From positions 1 through 49,462 of the forward strand of contig JACRKZ010000065.1 in assembly GCA_016235455.1 (NCBI GenBank): 49,462 nt of DNA. The letters run 5' to 3'. Shown here piece by piece: positions 18,190 to 32,100 of the stretch. This DNA comes from Armatimonadota bacterium. GTDB taxonomy: Bacteria > Armatimonadota > UBA10988. Position 1 is the stretch's first letter. The number at the start of each line of letters is the position of its first letter. Position numbers and translations under genes: made by a program. The notes below the pieces were generated by a model. It searched no databases. It had not been told where the DNA came from and saw nothing but the letters and a program-made list of their open reading frames with translations.

Positions 18190-21027
18190 ATGAAAGCCAG
18201 ACTCCTCCTGCTCCTCGGCGCTCTGCCGTGCCTTGCTTGCGCCGCGGTCTTCCAGGTGCTCGATCCGGTTGGTCCCGACGACACCGTGCTCGTGGTGGGC
18301 GATGGCCTGCCGCGAGCGCCGCGTGTGGAGGTCGCGCGGCTGCCCGACGGCGAGGCTGGCGAGCCCAAGCCCGCGGCCTGGTCAGGCGCTGGCCAAAGCG
18401 CCGAGGTCCTGGCTGCCACCAGCGACGGGCTCAAGTTCCTCGTGCCGGCCAAGATGCCGGCGGGCATAGTCGCCTGGCGCCTTGACGGCCAGTTCCAGGG
18501 CCTGCTGAACCGGCCCACAGCCTGGTGGCTGCAAGGCGACCGCGGACCGAGCGCGACTCCGGGCGGCTGGCTGCGGGTCTGTGGCAAGAGCCTGGGCACC
18601 AAGGCGGTGGTCATGTTGCGCGGCACCAAGACCCGCCGCGTGGCCGCGGTCGCCGACCGCTACACGCTGCGTGCCGACCTGCCCGCCGACATGACTCCAG
18701 GCACCTATCAGGTGTACGTGCACAACGGCCTCGGTGGTCCGCTGGGCTGGAGCGAGCCCCTGGCGCTGGTCGTGGACCAGCCTCGGCCCGAGCCGGGCCG
18801 GGTCTATGACGCCCGCGAGGCCGGTGCGCAGGGCAACGGCGACATCGACGACACCGTTGTGCTGCAAGGCCTCCTGGATAGGGCCGGCGCCGAGGGCGGC
18901 GGCACCGTGCGGTTGCCGCGCGGGCGATATCTGGTGAGCGCGACGATCAAGGTCCCGCCGCGGGTCACGCTGCGCGGCGACACGCGGGAGCTGACCAGCC
19001 TCTGCTGGCCCGATGCCGACCCGCCGCTGCCCGCGCTGGTCCAGGGCACGCACGGCTTCGCGGTGACCGACCTGACACTGTACGCCAGCGGTCACCAGCA
19101 TGTGCTCGTGGGCGATCTGGGCAGCGTGCCCGACGCCGGCGACATCACGCTGGCGCGGCTGCGGGTGCGGGCGAACACCTACCGCGGTCATCTCGAGACC
19201 AAGGAGGTGGACAAGCGGCTGGTCGACAGTCTGCGCTGGTCCACCGGCGGCGGCGATACGGTTCGTATGGGCGGCCGCAACCTGAAGATCGTCGACTGCG
19301 ACCTGTATGGCAGTGGCCGGTCCATCTTCCTCAACCGCGCGCGCGGCGCGCTCATCCGCGGCAACCGCCTGTTCAACGGCCGCTGGGGCTGGTACACGTT
19401 CGAAGGCTCCGACGGGCTGATCTTCGAGGACAACACGCTCACCGGCGCGGACCTGATGAGCACCGGTGGCGGGCTGTCCAACTTCACCACGCCGAGTTCC
19501 GAGCACATCTACTACGCGCGTAACCAACTCGACCTGATGCACGGCTGGGACCGCGAGGCGATGACCAGCGATGCCGGCGGCGGTGCCTGGTTCGGTCCCG
19601 TGGCCAGCGTTGACGGCGCCAAGACGACCATGGCCGGCGACGTCAAGACCGAGGGTCGGGACTGGGCTGGCGCGGGCGTGTTCATCGTCGACGGCCCAGG
19701 GCGGGGGCAATGGCGCCGGGTGCTGGCGGTGGACGGGCGCGTGGTCACGCTGGACCGGCCGTGGTTGCAGCCGCCGGGCCTGGGCTCCATCGTCACCATG
19801 ACCATGTTCCATGGGCAATACCTGTTCGTCGACAACCGCTTCTCGGACAGTGGCGTGGCCATCCAACTCTACGGCATGGCCTGCGAGGCCATCTGCGATG
19901 GCAACGTGTCCATGCGCACCGCCGGATTCCACAACTTCGGCATGGACTATCAGGGCATCCAGCCGTCGTGGTACATCCAGTGGCTGAACAACGAGGTCGC
20001 CGAGGGCAACGTCTATCGCAGCGGACACGACAACTACCTGCTGGCCGGCGAGGCGCATCTGGGCATCTTCGCCCTGCCGCCGCGCGCCGACTTCGAGGCC
20101 TGCCTGACGCTGGGCTGCGTGGCGCGGGGCAACCGCCTGCGCAACAACGCCTACCTGGCCATCGGCGGCGCCGACCCCGCCAACCCGGCACACGAGAAGG
20201 CGTTCGTGCGCAACGTGGTGGCCGAGCACAACCGCATCGAAGACACCGATTACGGCATCTGGCTGCGCAAGGCGCAGGCCGACGTGCTGCTGCGCGACAA
20301 CCAGTTCAAGAACGTCCGGCAGCCAATATGCGACGAGCGAGCCGAGGAGCAGGCCGCCGCGGCGAAGCGCGCCGCGCTGCTACGTGAGCCCGGACCGCTG
20401 GTCTGGTACCGCTTCGAGGAGGCCGCGGGCGACCGTGCGCCCGACGCCACCGGTCATGGCTACGCGGCTCGCTCGGTGGGCGAGGTCAAGTGGGTCGAGG
20501 GCCGGCAGGGCAAGGGCGCGCAGTTCGGCAAGGAGGTGTTCCTGCGCGTCAATGAGCCGACGCTGTTCAACCTCGACGCCGTGACGCTGGCCTGCTGGAT
20601 CAAGCCCGACACCGTCGACGGACGGCAGGGGCTCATCGCCAAACGCCTGGTCGGCACCGAGGCGCCCTTCATCCTGTCGCTGTGGGATGGCGGGTTGGAG
20701 TTCGAGGCCACGGACACCAACGGCAAGTGGAGCTTCAACTTCCGCTCACCCAAGGCCCTGACCGCCGGCGTCTGGCAGCATGTCGCCGCCGTGGTCACAC
20801 CCGGTGTGGGGGTGACGCTGTACGCCAACGGCCGGGCCATCGCTACCAAGGAGAATGCGGGCACGCGCGTGGGCAACCTGGAGCCGCTGATCATCGGGCG
20901 TGAGGCGTGGTCGGGCATCAATCTGGACCCGCACCCGTGCTTCTATAGCGGGCTCATGGACGACGTGAAGCTGTGGGGCCGTCCGCTCTCGGCCGCTGAG
21001 CTTCAGCGTGAGGCCGGCGGGCCGTAA
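18190..21027 (+). CDS. Secreted parallel beta-helix (pectate lyase-like) protein with C-terminal LamG/concanavalin-like domain
   Basis: Signal peptide; GAQGNGDIDDT..LQ..GGGTVRLPRGRY (Pectate_lyase_3-type start); Asn-ladder repeats; C-terminal WYRFEE, WIKP, WQHVAAV, LYANG, GLMDDVKLW (LamG). Confidence 0.8.
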   Translation: MKARLLLLLGALPCLACAAVFQVLDPVGPDDTVLVVGDGLPRAPRVEVARLPDGEAGEPKPAAWSGAGQSAEVLAATSDGLKFLVPAKMPAGIVAWRLDGQFQGLLNRPTAWWLQGDRGPSATPGGWLRVCGKSLGTKAVVMLRGTKTRRVAAVADRYTLRADLPADMTPGTYQVYVHNGLGGPLGWSEPLALVVDQPRPEPGRVYDAREAGAQGNGDIDDTVVLQGLLDRAGAEGGGTVRLPRGRYLVSATIKVPPRVTLRGDTRELTSLCWPDADPPLPALVQGTHGFAVTDLTLYASGHQHVLVGDLGSVPDAGDITLARLRVRANTYRGHLETKEVDKRLVDSLRWSTGGGDTVRMGGRNLKIVDCDLYGSGRSIFLNRARGALIRGNRLFNGRWGWYTFEGSDGLIFEDNTLTGADLMSTGGGLSNFTTPSSEHIYYARNQLDLMHGWDREAMTSDAGGGAWFGPVASVDGAKTTMAGDVKTEGRDWAGAGVFIVDGPGRGQWRRVLAVDGRVVTLDRPWLQPPGLGSIVTMTMFHGQYLFVDNRFSDSGVAIQLYGMACEAICDGNVSMRTAGFHNFGMDYQGIQPSWYIQWLNNEVAEGNVYRSGHDNYLLAGEAHLGIFALPPRADFEACLTLGCVARGNRLRNNAYLAIGGADPANPAHEKAFVRNVVAEHNRIEDTDYGIWLRKAQADVLLRDNQFKNVRQPICDERAEEQAAAAKRAALLREPGPLVWYRFEEAAGDRAPDATGHGYAARSVGEVKWVEGRQGKGAQFGKEVFLRVNEPTLFNLDAVTLACWIKPDTVDGRQGLIAKRLVGTEAPFILSLWDGGLEFEATDTNGKWSFNFRSPKALTAGVWQHVAAVVTPGVGVTLYANGRAIATKENAGTRVGNLEPLIIGREAWSGINLDPHPCFYSGLMDDVKLWGRPLSAAELQREAGGP

Positions 21028-21084
21028 TGGCGGCGGCTGGCGGCGACACCCAGCGGCAGACACCGTGTAGCGGAGGAGGTGGCC

Positions 21085-21663
21085 ATGTCTCGCCCGGTCT
21101 TCGATCCCGGTCCTGCTGCATCATACAAGCACGACCATCCCGAGATTCGCGACCCACTGGCCGCGCATGACAAGGCGGTCGGCCTGGGCCAGCGTGTGGC
21201 CGATGCCGTGGCCGCGGCGGTTGGCAGTTGGCCGTTCATCATCATCCAGTCGGTGCTCCTGGCCGGCTGGATCACCATGAACGTGTGGCTGGCCATCGCC
21301 GTGGCGCAGCACCGCGCCGCCCATCAGCCCTTCGATCCGTACCCGTTCATCTTGCTCAACCTGGTGCTCAGCTTCCAAGCGGCCTACACCGGGCCCGTGG
21401 TGATGATGAGCCAGAACCGCCAGAACGAGAAGGACCGCCTCACGGCCCACAACGACTACGTCATCAACCAGAAGGCCGAGGAGGAGATCAAAGTCATCCT
21501 CGACCACCTGGTGCATCAGGATCACATGCTGATCGCCATCATGGAGCAGTTGGCCAAGGTCGGCACGGTGGAGGGCCAGGAGACCATCCGCGGCGCGCTG
21601 GACGACTTGCGTGCCGCCGACCAGCGCGTTCTCGGCGGCTTGGCCGAACACGAGGACGGCTGA
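21085..21663 (+). CDS. DUF1003 family membrane protein
   Basis: GQRVADAVA..VGSWPFII, FDPYPFILLNLVLSFQAAYTGPVVMMSQNRQ..KDR; SD GGAGGAGG. Confidence 0.92.
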   Translation: MSRPVFDPGPAASYKHDHPEIRDPLAAHDKAVGLGQRVADAVAAAVGSWPFIIIQSVLLAGWITMNVWLAIAVAQHRAAHQPFDPYPFILLNLVLSFQAAYTGPVVMMSQNRQNEKDRLTAHNDYVINQKAEEEIKVILDHLVHQDHMLIAIMEQLAKVGTVEGQETIRGALDDLRAADQRVLGGLAEHEDG

Positions 21664-21676
21664 CAGAGAGAGCTCG

Positions 21677-22189
21677 TCAGCGCAGGATCAATCGCACCAC
21701 CGGCAGTTCCTGATCGCCGATACGCAGGCACTTGCGGCCACCGTCCGGCCGGTAGCCGCGCTGCGCGTAGAAGGCGAGCGAGGCATCGTTGGCCTCGAAC
21801 ACCCACAGCCGGATGGGCAGCAGCCGGCGCTCGGCCAGATAGCGCTCGGCCTGCTCCATGAGCGCGCGGCCGTGCCCGTGGCCCCAGTGGTCGGGATGCA
21901 CGTAGACCGCGTACACCTCACCCCAACCGGGCTCGTCCGCGTCGCGGGACGGGCCGCAGGAGACAAAGCCGACCACTTGGCCGTCCACCTCCACGACCCA
22001 AGATCGTTCGGCGTGGTCGACCAGATAGTCGCCGAAGCGCGGGGCACGCTCGTCGACGGACATCGAACTAAGGTAGTCGGCGGAGACGATGTGGGCATAG
22101 GCGCGGCGCCAGCAGAGGATGTTGGCCTCGCAGCAGGCGCGGGCATCGTCGCGCCCAGCGACGCGCAGGGCCACGTCAGTGCGCTCCAT
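21677..22189 (-). CDS. GNAT family N-acetyltransferase
   Basis: VVGF, EVYAVYVHPDHWGHGHGRALM (motif A), LWVFEAN..AFY..RGY. Confidence 0.9.
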   Translation of the reverse strand: MERTDVALRVAGRDDARACCEANILCWRRAYAHIVSADYLSSMSVDERAPRFGDYLVDHAERSWVVEVDGQVVGFVSCGPSRDADEPGWGEVYAVYVHPDHWGHGHGRALMEQAERYLAERRLLPIRLWVFEANDASLAFYAQRGYRPDGGRKCLRIGDQELPVVRLILR

Positions 22190-23351
22190 CGAACCATGCA
22201 ACCGCCGCGGTGCGGAACGCCGCGTCGTCGGGCAGTCTGCCGGTCGCGGCCCGCTGCTCGGCCAGCCAGGCCCGCGCCCAGGCGTAGAAGCGCTCGTGGG
22301 TGTCGTACACCGGCTGCTTGACGCCCTTGTCGTCGATCAGCCAGAAGCCGCGCTGTCGGCCGTCCTTGACCTCGTTGTTGTACATTTCCCAGTAGAGCAC
22401 GAACGGGCAGCCCCAGCTCAGGCCGGTGCGCATGACCTGTCGCGAGCGCCTGTCCTGTTCGGCGGGCGTGATGTTCTCCGCGGGGAAGCCGTACTCGCCG
22501 ATGAACACCCGCCGGCCCGCGATGCCGGCTTTCGGCGCCAGCCGGCTTTCGATGTGATCCAGAGCGGCGCGCAGGCCGTCCGCCGTGCCTTGGGTGTCGT
22601 AGCTGCTGTAGGAGACGTAATCGATGCGGGTCTTGGGCAGCACGTCGCGCGTCAGGCTAGGCCGGTCAGCCATGGCGAGCTTGACCAGGTTGACCTCGGT
22701 GTAGCCGAACACGTCGACGCCCTCGTGCGGGGTCTCGCGCTTGGCGGCGTCGATGGCATCCTGGCGGACGTTGAGCCAGGCGACCATGCCGGCCAGTGCC
22801 TCGGGCTTGACCACATCGTCGTTCTTGGTGTCGTAACCCGGCCGCAGGTACCAGTCGCCTTCCCAGTGGCCCAGGTAGAACCGTTTGCCCGTGCCGGCAT
22901 ACGTCTTCAGCAGCCAGACGGTCAGGTCGTGGATCTCGGCATACTCCTGGTCGGCATCGGCTTTCGACAGGCCGTGGTTCCACCAGCCGCCGCGGAGCGG
23001 ATAGGCCCACAGCACGAAGTCGCCAAACGGCATGTCCAGCACTCGGCGGTGGGTGGGCTCGTCGCGACAGAGCGCGGTCAGGCTATCGATGCCGGGCAGC
23101 GTGGCCTTGACATTGGCGCCCTTGCCCTTGGCATAGTCGCGGTCGAGCTTGAACTTGATGACCGTGCTGCCCATGTCCCAGATGGCCCGCGCGGTCTCCA
23201 GCAGCAGCGGTTCGTCAGTGAAGGCGTAGGCGCTACCGAAAGTCTGCGTGCCAAGCACCAGCCGGCAGGGCAGGGCGTCGGGCGTCAGCGGCCTGGAGGC
23301 GCCCAGGGCGGCGCCGGCGACCAGAATCGAGACGAGCACGGGGTTGGGCAT
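22176..23351 (-). CDS. Secreted hypothetical protein, possible clan GH-A-like TIM-barrel glycoside hydrolase
   Basis: Signal peptide; alternating beta/alpha pattern; HWEGDW, DYVSYSSY, VFIGEYG, LYWEMY positions resemble the GH-A acid/base and nucleophile strands. Confidence 0.5.
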   Translation of the reverse strand: MPNPVLVSILVAGAALGASRPLTPDALPCRLVLGTQTFGSAYAFTDEPLLLETARAIWDMGSTVIKFKLDRDYAKGKGANVKATLPGIDSLTALCRDEPTHRRVLDMPFGDFVLWAYPLRGGWWNHGLSKADADQEYAEIHDLTVWLLKTYAGTGKRFYLGHWEGDWYLRPGYDTKNDDVVKPEALAGMVAWLNVRQDAIDAAKRETPHEGVDVFGYTEVNLVKLAMADRPSLTRDVLPKTRIDYVSYSSYDTQGTADGLRAALDHIESRLAPKAGIAGRRVFIGEYGFPAENITPAEQDRRSRQVMRTGLSWGCPFVLYWEMYNNEVKDGRQRGFWLIDDKGVKQPVYDTHERFYAWARAWLAEQRAATGRLPDDAAFRTAAVAWFDGAH

Positions 23352-23418
23352 GGAGCGCTCCTTGGGCCACCAGTGTAGAGACCAGCGTCAGTGCGTGGCA
23401 AGCGCCGGTGAGAATGAC

Positions 23419-23448
23419 TTGATTGTGAACGCTTGCTTGCGCCATGCT
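23419..23448 (+). promoter_or_regulatory. Possible promoter for the MEDS-kinase pair (TTGATT-18bp-CATGCT)
   Basis: AT-richer intergenic stretch; TTGATT at 23419-23424, CATGCT at 23443-23448, SD GGGAGG before the ATG at 23474. Confidence 0.35.
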
Positions 23449-23473
23449 AGGGGTGGGGTCAAGGGAGGCTGTC

Positions 23474-24118
23474 ATGGGTACTTCGAGTCCTGAGCGCAGG
23501 TCCATCTCATTGGGCTTCACCGACGAGATGTTCCCGGAGGGCCTGCACATCTGCTACCTGTACAACGACGAACGAGAGCGCCTGCGGGTCATGTCGCAGT
23601 TCCTCGGCAGCGGGCTGGCGGCCGGTGAGAAGGTCATGTACCTGGTCGACGCCATGACGCCCGCGGAGATGCTTGACAGCCTGGAGGGTTTGGGCGTCGA
23701 CGCGCGGGCCTGTGAGGGCGCGTTGACCGTCGCCGAGGCCGAGAGCGCCTACTGCCCAACCGGCACGTTCGAGGCCGAGCCAATGCTCGACACGATCCGC
23801 GACTACTACACCGATGCGGTCTTTGAGCAAGGCTATGCCGGTGCGCGCGTGGCCGGCGAGACGGGCTGGTGTCTGGTCGAGGGCCGGCTCGACCTGGCGT
23901 CGATGATGGTCTACGAGTCGCGCGTCAACAGTCTGCTGTCCGACTACCCGTGTACGGCCTGCTGTCAGTACGATACTCGCTGCTTCTCGGGCGAGGAGAT
24001 CATGGGTGTGCTGACGGTGCACCCAGTGATGATCGTGCGTGGCCAACTGGTGCGCAACCCCTACTATGTGGCACCCGAGGTCTACCTCCGCGGGCGGCAG
24101 GATCGAATGGCAGGCTGA
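23474..24118 (+). CDS. Stand-alone MEDS (DcmR-like sensory) domain protein
   Basis: GLHICYLY, FLGSGLAAGEKVMY, GYAGARVAGETGW, YESRVN, CQYD..F, HPVMI...NPYY. Confidence 0.88.
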   Translation: MGTSSPERRSISLGFTDEMFPEGLHICYLYNDERERLRVMSQFLGSGLAAGEKVMYLVDAMTPAEMLDSLEGLGVDARACEGALTVAEAESAYCPTGTFEAEPMLDTIRDYYTDAVFEQGYAGARVAGETGWCLVEGRLDLASMMVYESRVNSLLSDYPCTACCQYDTRCFSGEEIMGVLTVHPVMIVRGQLVRNPYYVAPEVYLRGRQDRMAG

Positions 24119-24122
24119 CTCC

Positions 24123-27233
<3,111 letters not shown>

Positions 27234-27386
27234 CCGCGTGATGGTGGTCAGGCGCCCGCGGTTGCTTTCCCGTAGCGTGTCCGGCATGCGTGCGGGCGGC
27301 CTGGGCGCCCTATGCCGCGGATCAAGCGGCACAGATCGGGGAGGCATCGCCCTCGCCGAGGCCAAATGCACCGCCAGGAGCCCCTA

Positions 27387-28961
27387 ATGAGCAGTATGCT
27401 GTGGTCGTTGGTACCGTTGGCCGCCATGGCCGTGTCTGCTTCCAGCGCCACCGACCCGCTGGCGCTGTCGTTCCATCGCAAGGCCGTTCGCCGCTTCGTG
27501 CTGAGCAACAACCTGCCCTTGAGCCAGTTGGTGCCAGCCGAGGTCGTTGACCTTGGGCTCATGCACCCCGCGCGCGGACCTCAGCCGGCGCGCTGCGACC
27601 TGGCCGGCGGCGTGCTGACCGTCGGTGCAGGCGACAGTACGCTGTGGGTGGGCGGCGTGCAGCCATTCGCCACCTATCAACTCGACTTGCGGGCCGTGAC
27701 CACCACGGCACCCGCGGAGGTCGCGGTGGATCTGGCCACGATCGACCTGAGCGCGCGCGTGCAAGTGGTGGCGCGCTACGGCGTGGAGCGCGACGGCCTG
27801 CTGCTGCGGCTGGTCAAGGAGGGGCAGGTGGTGCGCGAGGAGCCGCTTTCGGCCCAGCCCGCGCCGCCGCCGCCGTGCCTGCTCAGCGTGCAGTTGGCCG
27901 GCTGCTCGGTGTCGGCCTTCGCCACTCACGACGGGGTGACGACGTACCTGGGTCACACCGCCGATGCGAAGACGTTCGCCGATGTGCTGGACCTGCGCGA
28001 CCGCAAGCTGTGCTCGACGATGTCGTTCGGCGTGGCCACACGTCTGCCCGCCGGCGCGTCGTTGGTGCTGGGCGGCGCCTCGTCATTCCTCTCGGCGGGC
28101 GTGGGTCAGGCCGACATCCGCATGATCACCCAGCGCGATGGCTCGCCCTATTGGGACGCCGGGCGGCTGTGGTTCACCTTCTCCGCGCGCGGGCTCAACA
28201 TCGCTGATTCCTGCCAGGGCGTGCTGAGCCTGGACCCGAGCGTGTTCGACCCGCGCTTCGAGGGCATCATCCTGTACGACCGCGGCGACGGCAAGCTGCG
28301 CAACGACTACTCCAGCCACGTCTTCTACGACGACGCAGCCAAGGAGTGGCGGTCGTTCTGCTGCCTGTTCAGCCGGCCTGATCGCGGCCCGTCGGGCATG
28401 GCCACGGGACGCAGCCCACGCGACCCGCGACGCGGCATCTCGGTGCTGCGCGAGACGGTGTTCACCGGCGTGCCGGGCCAGCATGAGGACCCGTGTGTCG
28501 TCTACGATGCCCAGGCAGCCAAATGGCGCCTGCTCACCTGTCGGCTGGAGGGCATGAGGGCCATGATGTTCGAGAGCGACGCCTGGGACGGGCCTTACAA
28601 GCTCGTCGCGGGGCCGGTGGAGCGCAACTCGACGGGCTGTCTCATCCAGACCTTCGGCGACCGGCGCTACGTCTTCTCGGGCAGTTCCGACGACGCCATC
28701 CACACCTACAGCTATCCGGACCTCAAGCCGCTCGGTGATCTGCGCCTGGACCTGCCGCCCTGGGTGCCGCGGGGCAACGCACGGGTCTGGCCCAACCTAT
28801 TCCCGCTGCCGCCTGGTGGCCCGGCCAGGTACGGCGCGCTGATGATGGACAGGCCCAACTTCCCCGGCGTCAAGGGCCCCAACTGGAGCTACGGCGCGCT
28901 GTACTACTACGAGGCGTTCGTCGACGATCTGTTCGACCATCCCTATGAGTTCGCGCCGTAG
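27387..28961 (+). CDS. Secreted hypothetical protein; beta-sandwich plus probable beta-propeller (glycosidase-like) domain
   Basis: Signal peptide after an AGGAG SD; beta-rich; GQADIR, HVFYD..KEWR and HEDPCVVYD..KWRL blade-like repeats. Confidence 0.55.
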   Translation: MSSMLWSLVPLAAMAVSASSATDPLALSFHRKAVRRFVLSNNLPLSQLVPAEVVDLGLMHPARGPQPARCDLAGGVLTVGAGDSTLWVGGVQPFATYQLDLRAVTTTAPAEVAVDLATIDLSARVQVVARYGVERDGLLLRLVKEGQVVREEPLSAQPAPPPPCLLSVQLAGCSVSAFATHDGVTTYLGHTADAKTFADVLDLRDRKLCSTMSFGVATRLPAGASLVLGGASSFLSAGVGQADIRMITQRDGSPYWDAGRLWFTFSARGLNIADSCQGVLSLDPSVFDPRFEGIILYDRGDGKLRNDYSSHVFYDDAAKEWRSFCCLFSRPDRGPSGMATGRSPRDPRRGISVLRETVFTGVPGQHEDPCVVYDAQAAKWRLLTCRLEGMRAMMFESDAWDGPYKLVAGPVERNSTGCLIQTFGDRRYVFSGSSDDAIHTYSYPDLKPLGDLRLDLPPWVPRGNARVWPNLFPLPPGGPARYGALMMDRPNFPGVKGPNWSYGALYYYEAFVDDLFDHPYEFAP

Positions 28962-29024
28962 GCGGCGGACATCCAGGCTGGAGCCTGTTTCGCGCCTGAC
29001 GACGCCGCCAGGAATTCGTCGAGC

Positions 29025-29053
29025 CGACTACCACCGTCTGATGGCGGTAGTCG
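29025..29053. terminator. Hairpin between convergent genes, possible terminator
   Basis: CGACTACCACCGTC / GATGGCGGTAGTCG inverted repeat (14-bp arms, 2 mismatches) between the stops at 28961 and 29119. No U-tract. Confidence 0.4.
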
Positions 29054-29118
29054 CGACGAGGTAGATCGGCGCAGTTTGCGCAGTGGTCGTGCTGTGCCGC
29101 AGCCTTGCGGGCCGCCCG

Positions 29119-32100
29119 CTAGAGCCTCGTGACCAGTTCCGCCAGCGCGGCGCGCAACGACTCGAGCTCCGCGCGCAGCCGGTCCAGCATGGCCGCGGTG
29201 CCCGCCAGCCGCGCCTCACGACCCGCGAACTCCAGATCGCGGGCCAGCGCGGCGGCCCGCTTGCCGCCGACCGTGGCGCAGGTGCCCTTGAGGCCGTGCG
29301 CCGAGCGTGTCACCTCGGCGGCATCGCCCGCGGCCACGGCGGCGGACAGGAACTCCAGTTGCGCCGGCAGCTCCCGCTCAAACAGGGCCACCATGTTGGC
29401 CACGAAGTCGGGCTCGCGCTTGCTGAGCGCGGTGTGGTACTGCCGGAGCATGGCCTCGTCGAGGACGGGCTCGGTCGGTGTCGGCGGGGCCAGCGGCGCG
29501 GCTGGCTCGTCGGCCTGCGGCGTCGTGTGGCACCAGCGGGAGAGCGCCTGGCGCAACGCGGCCACCGTGATCGGCTTGGGCACGTAGTCGTCCATGCCCG
29601 CCGCCAGGCAGCGCTCGCGGTCACTGACCATGGCCAAGGCGGTCAGGGCGACGATCGGCACACGGTGGTCGGTCTCACGGGCACGAATCGCTTGCGTGGC
29701 CTGGAAGCCGTCCATGCCCGGCATGTGGCAGTCCATGAAGACGACGTCGTAGGGCGGGTCACTCGCCGCGGACTGCTCCAGCGCCTCCTCGCCCGAGGCG
29801 GCCAAGGCCACCTGGCAGCCCAGTGAGGCGAGGATCTGCGCGGCCACCTTGCGGTTCACCGCGTTGTCGTCGACCACCAGCACGCGTGCCGGCCAGGCGC
29901 TGGCCGCCGGGCCGGCCGGGTCGGCGTCGCCTTCGCCGCGCACATGGATGACCTCGGCCGGCGCGGCGGTCAGTACCCGAGCCAGCGTCTGGTGCAGGAC
30001 CCACGGCCAGACTGGCTTGAGCAGATAGCCGTGGAACCCGTGCTCGCGTAGCGTGCCTGCGTCGGTCCAGGCGCCGGGCTGCGCCACCAGGAGGCGGCGC
30101 GCATCGGGCCAGCGGCCGTCGGCCGTCAGTCGGTCGGCCGCTGCCAGCCCGTCGCGAGCCGGAGGATGGTGGTCGACCAGGATGATGGCCGGCGACCAGC
30201 TCGGGTCCAGCTCGGTCAGGTCGTCCGGCGCGGCCATGGCAGCGTGTGCACCGCACTCCGCGGCCATGGCGCAGAGCGAGGTGGCCAACACCGGCTCGCC
30301 GCACAGCACGAGCAAGTCGGCGGCCACCGGCTCGCCGAACGGGCCGCGCACGGCCGGCGTGCCGGGCACCAGCCCCAGTGGAACGCGGAACTCGAACCGG
30401 GAGCCGCGGCCCGGCGTGCTGTTCGCGTCCACCTCGCCGCCCATGAGTTCGGCTAAGTGACGGCAGATGGACAGACCCAATCCCGTGCCGCCGTAGCGGC
30501 GGGTGGTGGAGCTGTCGGCCTGAGTGAACTCCTCGAACAGCCGTGGCAGGTCAGTCGGCTCGATGCCGATGCCCGTGTCCTCCACCGCCAGGCACAGCCG
30601 CACCCGGTCGCCGTCGAGGGGTTCACAACGTATGTCGACCAGAACGTGGCCTTCGGCGGTGAACTTGAAGGCATTGGAGAGGAAGTTGCCCAGCACCTGT
30701 CGCAGCCGCACGGTGTCGCCAACCATGGTCGGCGGGCAGTTGCTCGGGCAGTGCACAATCAGGTCGAGGCCTTGTTCGGCGGCGTGAGCAGCATACAGAT
30801 CCACTGTGTCGGTGACGATGTCGCGCAAGTCGAACGGCAGGGCCTCCAGATCCAGGCGGCCGGCCTCGATCTTGGCCAGGTCCAGGGCGTCGTTGACCAA
30901 TGTGACCAGCGAGCCCGACGAACGGCGCATGGTGTCGACCCAGTCACGCTCCTGCTCGCCCAGCGCGGACTCCGAGAGCAGGCCGAGCAGCCCGATGATA
31001 GCATTCAGCGGCGTGCGGATTTCGTGGCTCATGGCAGCCAGGAATTCGCTCTTGGCCCGGTTGGCGGCTTCGGCCCGCTCGCCAGCCAGGCGCAACTCCT
31101 GCTCGGCGCGCTTCTGTGCGGTCAGGTCGACGGCCGTGCCGAGGTAGCCGGTGATCCGCCCGTCGTCATCGCGCACCGCGGTCACCGCCAGGCGCACGAT
31201 GACGTGCGACCCGTCGGCGCGCACCAGCGTCCACTCGCGTTCGTCGTAGGCGCCATGCCGGGCGCGCTCGGTGAGCGCCTCGAACCCGGAGAAGCGACGC
31301 CCGTACTGGGCGTTGATCTCTTCGGCGTAGGCGGCCACCTCGCTGGGGAGGAAGAAACGCAGCGGTGTCTGTTGGCCGACCAGTTCCTCGGACTGGTAGC
31401 CCAGCAGCCGCTCCGCGCCGGCATTGAACACCAGAATGCGCCCGCTGGTGTCGGTGGCCACGATGGTGGCCTGGGTGGCAGCTTCCAGCACGGCGTTGAG
31501 CTCGCGCAGGCTGGCGCGCACGGCCTGTTCCGCGGCCTTGCGCTCGGTCACATCGCGGAGCAGACTGACGAGCACCCGCTCATCGCCCTGCATCATCTCG
31601 GTCAGCACCAGATCGAGCGGCACGGTGGTGCCGTCGGCGCGCAGGCCCTCCACCTCGCGGCGGGAATCCGTGGAACCCACCGGCACGGTCAGCAGGTGAC
31701 GCCGCATGTACCCGTCGTGCCGCGCCGCCTCGGCCGGCGGCATGAGCATGGTCACCGGCCGGCCGATCACCTGGTCGGCGCTGTAGCCGAACAGCCGCTC
31801 CGCGGCCCGGTTGAAGGCCACGATGCGGCCGTGGGTCGTGGCCGAAACGAGGCCGTCGCCCATGGTGTCGACCACCGCGCGCCAGCGGGCCTCACTGTCC
31901 CGCAGGGCTTGGTCGGCCCAGTGCTGCTCGATGAGCTGGCCCAGCAGCGAGGCGTAGGCGGCAAGAACCTCCTGCAGCTGCTCATCCACGCCCGCGCCGG
32001 TCAGGCCAGGATCGTTGCAGAACACAGCGATGGGGGCCGAACGGCTCTGGATCGGCGTCATGGCGATCCAGCCCCGGCCGATGACCCGCTCGGCGCCGTC

